DNA of 64,000 bases. Origin: an uncultured Acidobacteriota bacterium. Lineage in GTDB: Bacteria; Acidobacteriota; Thermoanaerobaculia; Gp7-AA8. Positions 61,343 to 64,000 of this stretch are shown piece by piece; positions within the stretch are counted from its first letter, which is position 1; each line of letters begins with the position of its first letter. The stretch is from assembly GCA_963741955.1 (NCBI GenBank), contig CAVUKB010000007.1, positions 1,184,001-1,248,000 of the forward strand, written 5' to 3'. The notes beneath the pieces were generated by a model. It had not been told where the DNA came from. It saw nothing but the letters and a program-made list of their open reading frames with translations, and searched no databases. Made by a program: the position numbers and the translations under genes.

Positions 61343-62479
61343 TCAGGAACCTGATGTCTTCTGGGCGAACGCGACCCGCATGAATCCGCGCGTCTCGGGA
61401 TCTGCCATCGCGTAGGAACGGCAGAGGAGCTCCACCTCTTCGGGGTCGTCCGGATCTTCGACCGTGAATCCGTCCTCCGGCTGCGTGGGCGTGTCGACCG
61501 GGCGAGTGGTCCATTCGCCATCGGCCGAGAAGCGACACTCGATGAACGGCTTTCGTGGAGGAGGGGAGGTCGGCGCGGCCGCTTCGAGCGCCATGTCGAG
61601 CTCGAGCTCGAGCGACGTGTCGGTCTCGACCTCATCGTCAGTCGGGAGCTCGTCGAACCGGCTCCGCGCCGGGGGCGGCTGGCTCGACGGCGGCGTGGTC
61701 TCCGGAGCGGGAGTCTCGAGCTCGAGGGAGAGGTCGGGAGCCTCTTCCGGCGTCGCGGATTCCTCCGGCTGCACGGCGTCCGGTTCTTCTGCCTGCACTT
61801 CGAGTTTCTCTTCGATTTCTTCGGGGTGCGTTCCGGAGTCGTTCCCGGCGGGCTCCGCGTCGATCTCGAGCGGGATCTCCGGCTCGCTCTCGAACGAGAT
61901 CTCGATCTCGGGCGAGGTTGCGAACGCTCCGGAGTCTGCTGCGAGGTCGCTCTCGATCTCGACGGACTCCTCGGTTACGGAGGAGATCTCCGGTTCGCTC
62001 TCGAATGAGATCTCGAGCTCCGGCGGGGCGAAGGCTCCGGACTCTGTTGCGAGGTCGCTCTCGATCTCCGGCTCCGAAAGTTCGGGCGCCTCGGGAGGGG
62101 GAGGGGGTGGTGGTGCGGAGCGACGCTTTTTCGGATCGCGTTCGTCGGGACAGACCGCCGATTCGTCGAGCTGTTGCAGTCTCTCTTGCAGATTCTCCTT
62201 CGAAGGTCCGATGCCCTCGACCAGGAGGAGTCCGGAGTGGTAGATCAGCTTCTCGCCGCTTCTCCCTCCGATCTGGCTGCGGACCACTTTCACCCGGAAC
62301 GCGTAGAGCTCTTCGTTCCAGTCGAACTCGAGACGGTGCAGAGTGCCGGGAGCGAGTTTGCCGTCGTGGAGAATGCGGAAGCCGGCGAGTGAGACGTCGA
62401 CCACCGTGATCCGCTCCTTCCCCAGCAGGCCGGGAACGTGGACGAAGTAACGCGGTGAGCCTCTCCGTTCAGGATTCAA
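61343..62479 (-). CDS. PilZ-like domain protein with long acidic linker
   Basis: ERRGSPR (RxxxR) and DVSLAG (DxSxxG); Glu/Pro-rich internal repeat; compact C-terminal domain. Confidence 0.75.
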   Translation of the reverse strand: MNPERRGSPRYFVHVPGLLGKERITVVDVSLAGFRILHDGKLAPGTLHRLEFDWNEELYAFRVKVVRSQIGGRSGEKLIYHSGLLLVEGIGPSKENLQERLQQLDESAVCPDERDPKKRRSAPPPPPPPEAPELSEPEIESDLATESGAFAPPELEISFESEPEISSVTEESVEIESDLAADSGAFATSPEIEISFESEPEIPLEIDAEPAGNDSGTHPEEIEEKLEVQAEEPDAVQPEESATPEEAPDLSLELETPAPETTPPSSQPPPARSRFDELPTDDEVETDTSLELELDMALEAAAPTSPPPRKPFIECRFSADGEWTTRPVDTPTQPEDGFTVEDPDDPEEVELLCRSYAMADPETRGFMRVAFAQKTSGS

Positions 62480-62600
62480 CGTGACGTAGCTCTCTCATCG
62501 AAGTTCGGCCGTGAATCGCGAGGCGGCCGGGATCGGTTCATTGTAGGACGGCGCGGCGAAGATTTCGAATCCGCTGAGCCGCGGAGAGACTCCGAGCGCG

Positions 62601-62927
62601 CTATTCACGGAATTCATCCGCAACCCGGCGCTCGTTCCGGACCGACTCCATCACCACCTCGACGCGTCGAGGATCGTAGTCGAACGGGAGGAGCCCGAGG
62701 AATCGGAGCTGCTGGCGGAGCTCGGGGGTCGCGCTCTTCACGAAGAGGCGGTTCCAGGTCCAGAAGTCGGTCGGATGGAACCAGAGGGTCCGTTCACCTT
62801 CCGCCGCCGCGATGGCGGGCCGTTTGAAGAGTCTGAGAAAACCGTACTTCTGATCCCTCAGCTCCGCGCTCCCTTCGTGGACCACCGGCTCTCCGGCGGG
62901 ATCGACCTCGATCCATACGACTTCCAT
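62601..62927 (-). CDS. Hypothetical protein
   Basis: ATG with TAAAAT 6 nt upstream; protein-like composition. Confidence 0.6.
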   Translation of the reverse strand: MEVVWIEVDPAGEPVVHEGSAELRDQKYGFLRLFKRPAIAAAEGERTLWFHPTDFWTWNRLFVKSATPELRQQLRFLGLLPFDYDPRRVEVVMESVRNERRVADEFRE

Positions 62928-63031
62928 CGCTCGATTTTACCCGTCGATTAGGTGCTGCGCTCGCATTCTCTCTTCGATGTGCTTATCTTTAGTACGGACT
63001 TCCGAGAACTCCCGTGCATTGACAACCCTGA

Positions 63032-64000
<969 letters not shown>

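Overview
GC-rich bacterial chromosome segment. The gene set (ACIII plus caa3 oxidase operon, Ser/Thr kinase-TolB-like fusion, PilZ protein, S8 proteases with basic C-terminal tails) suggests Acidobacteriota, possibly Thermoanaerobaculia; this is inference. Housekeeping content: M23 peptidase, alanine dehydrogenase, two tandem S8/PA proteases, a TetR/FadR-controlled fadD-fadJ operon with a clear FadR box, a two-gene saccharopine pathway (LKR + SDH), a ClC channel, alternative complex III (actABCDEF + actG-like) joined to an A2-type caa3 oxidase, and the start of gdhA. The window is unusually rich in non-coding repeats: four families of long hairpin-rich REP/BIME-like units (about 213 bp, about 300 bp, 225 bp, and 202+7n bp), two MITE-like elements, and an intact IS1380 inserted into one repeat copy with the empty site visible in the neighbouring copy. 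Most notable: (1) a full-length REP-associated tyrosine transposase (RAYT) homologue whose catalytic motifs are selectively replaced, next to a hairpin array; (2) two toxin-antitoxin pairs each bracketed by direct copies of one REP-like repeat, like cassettes; (3) a Cyc2-like cytochrome-porin plus monoheme cytochrome sandwiched between two large arrays; (4) an 11-unit array whose units differ mainly in heptamer count. No CRISPR array, rRNA or tRNA was recognised. All calls are by eye, without database searches.
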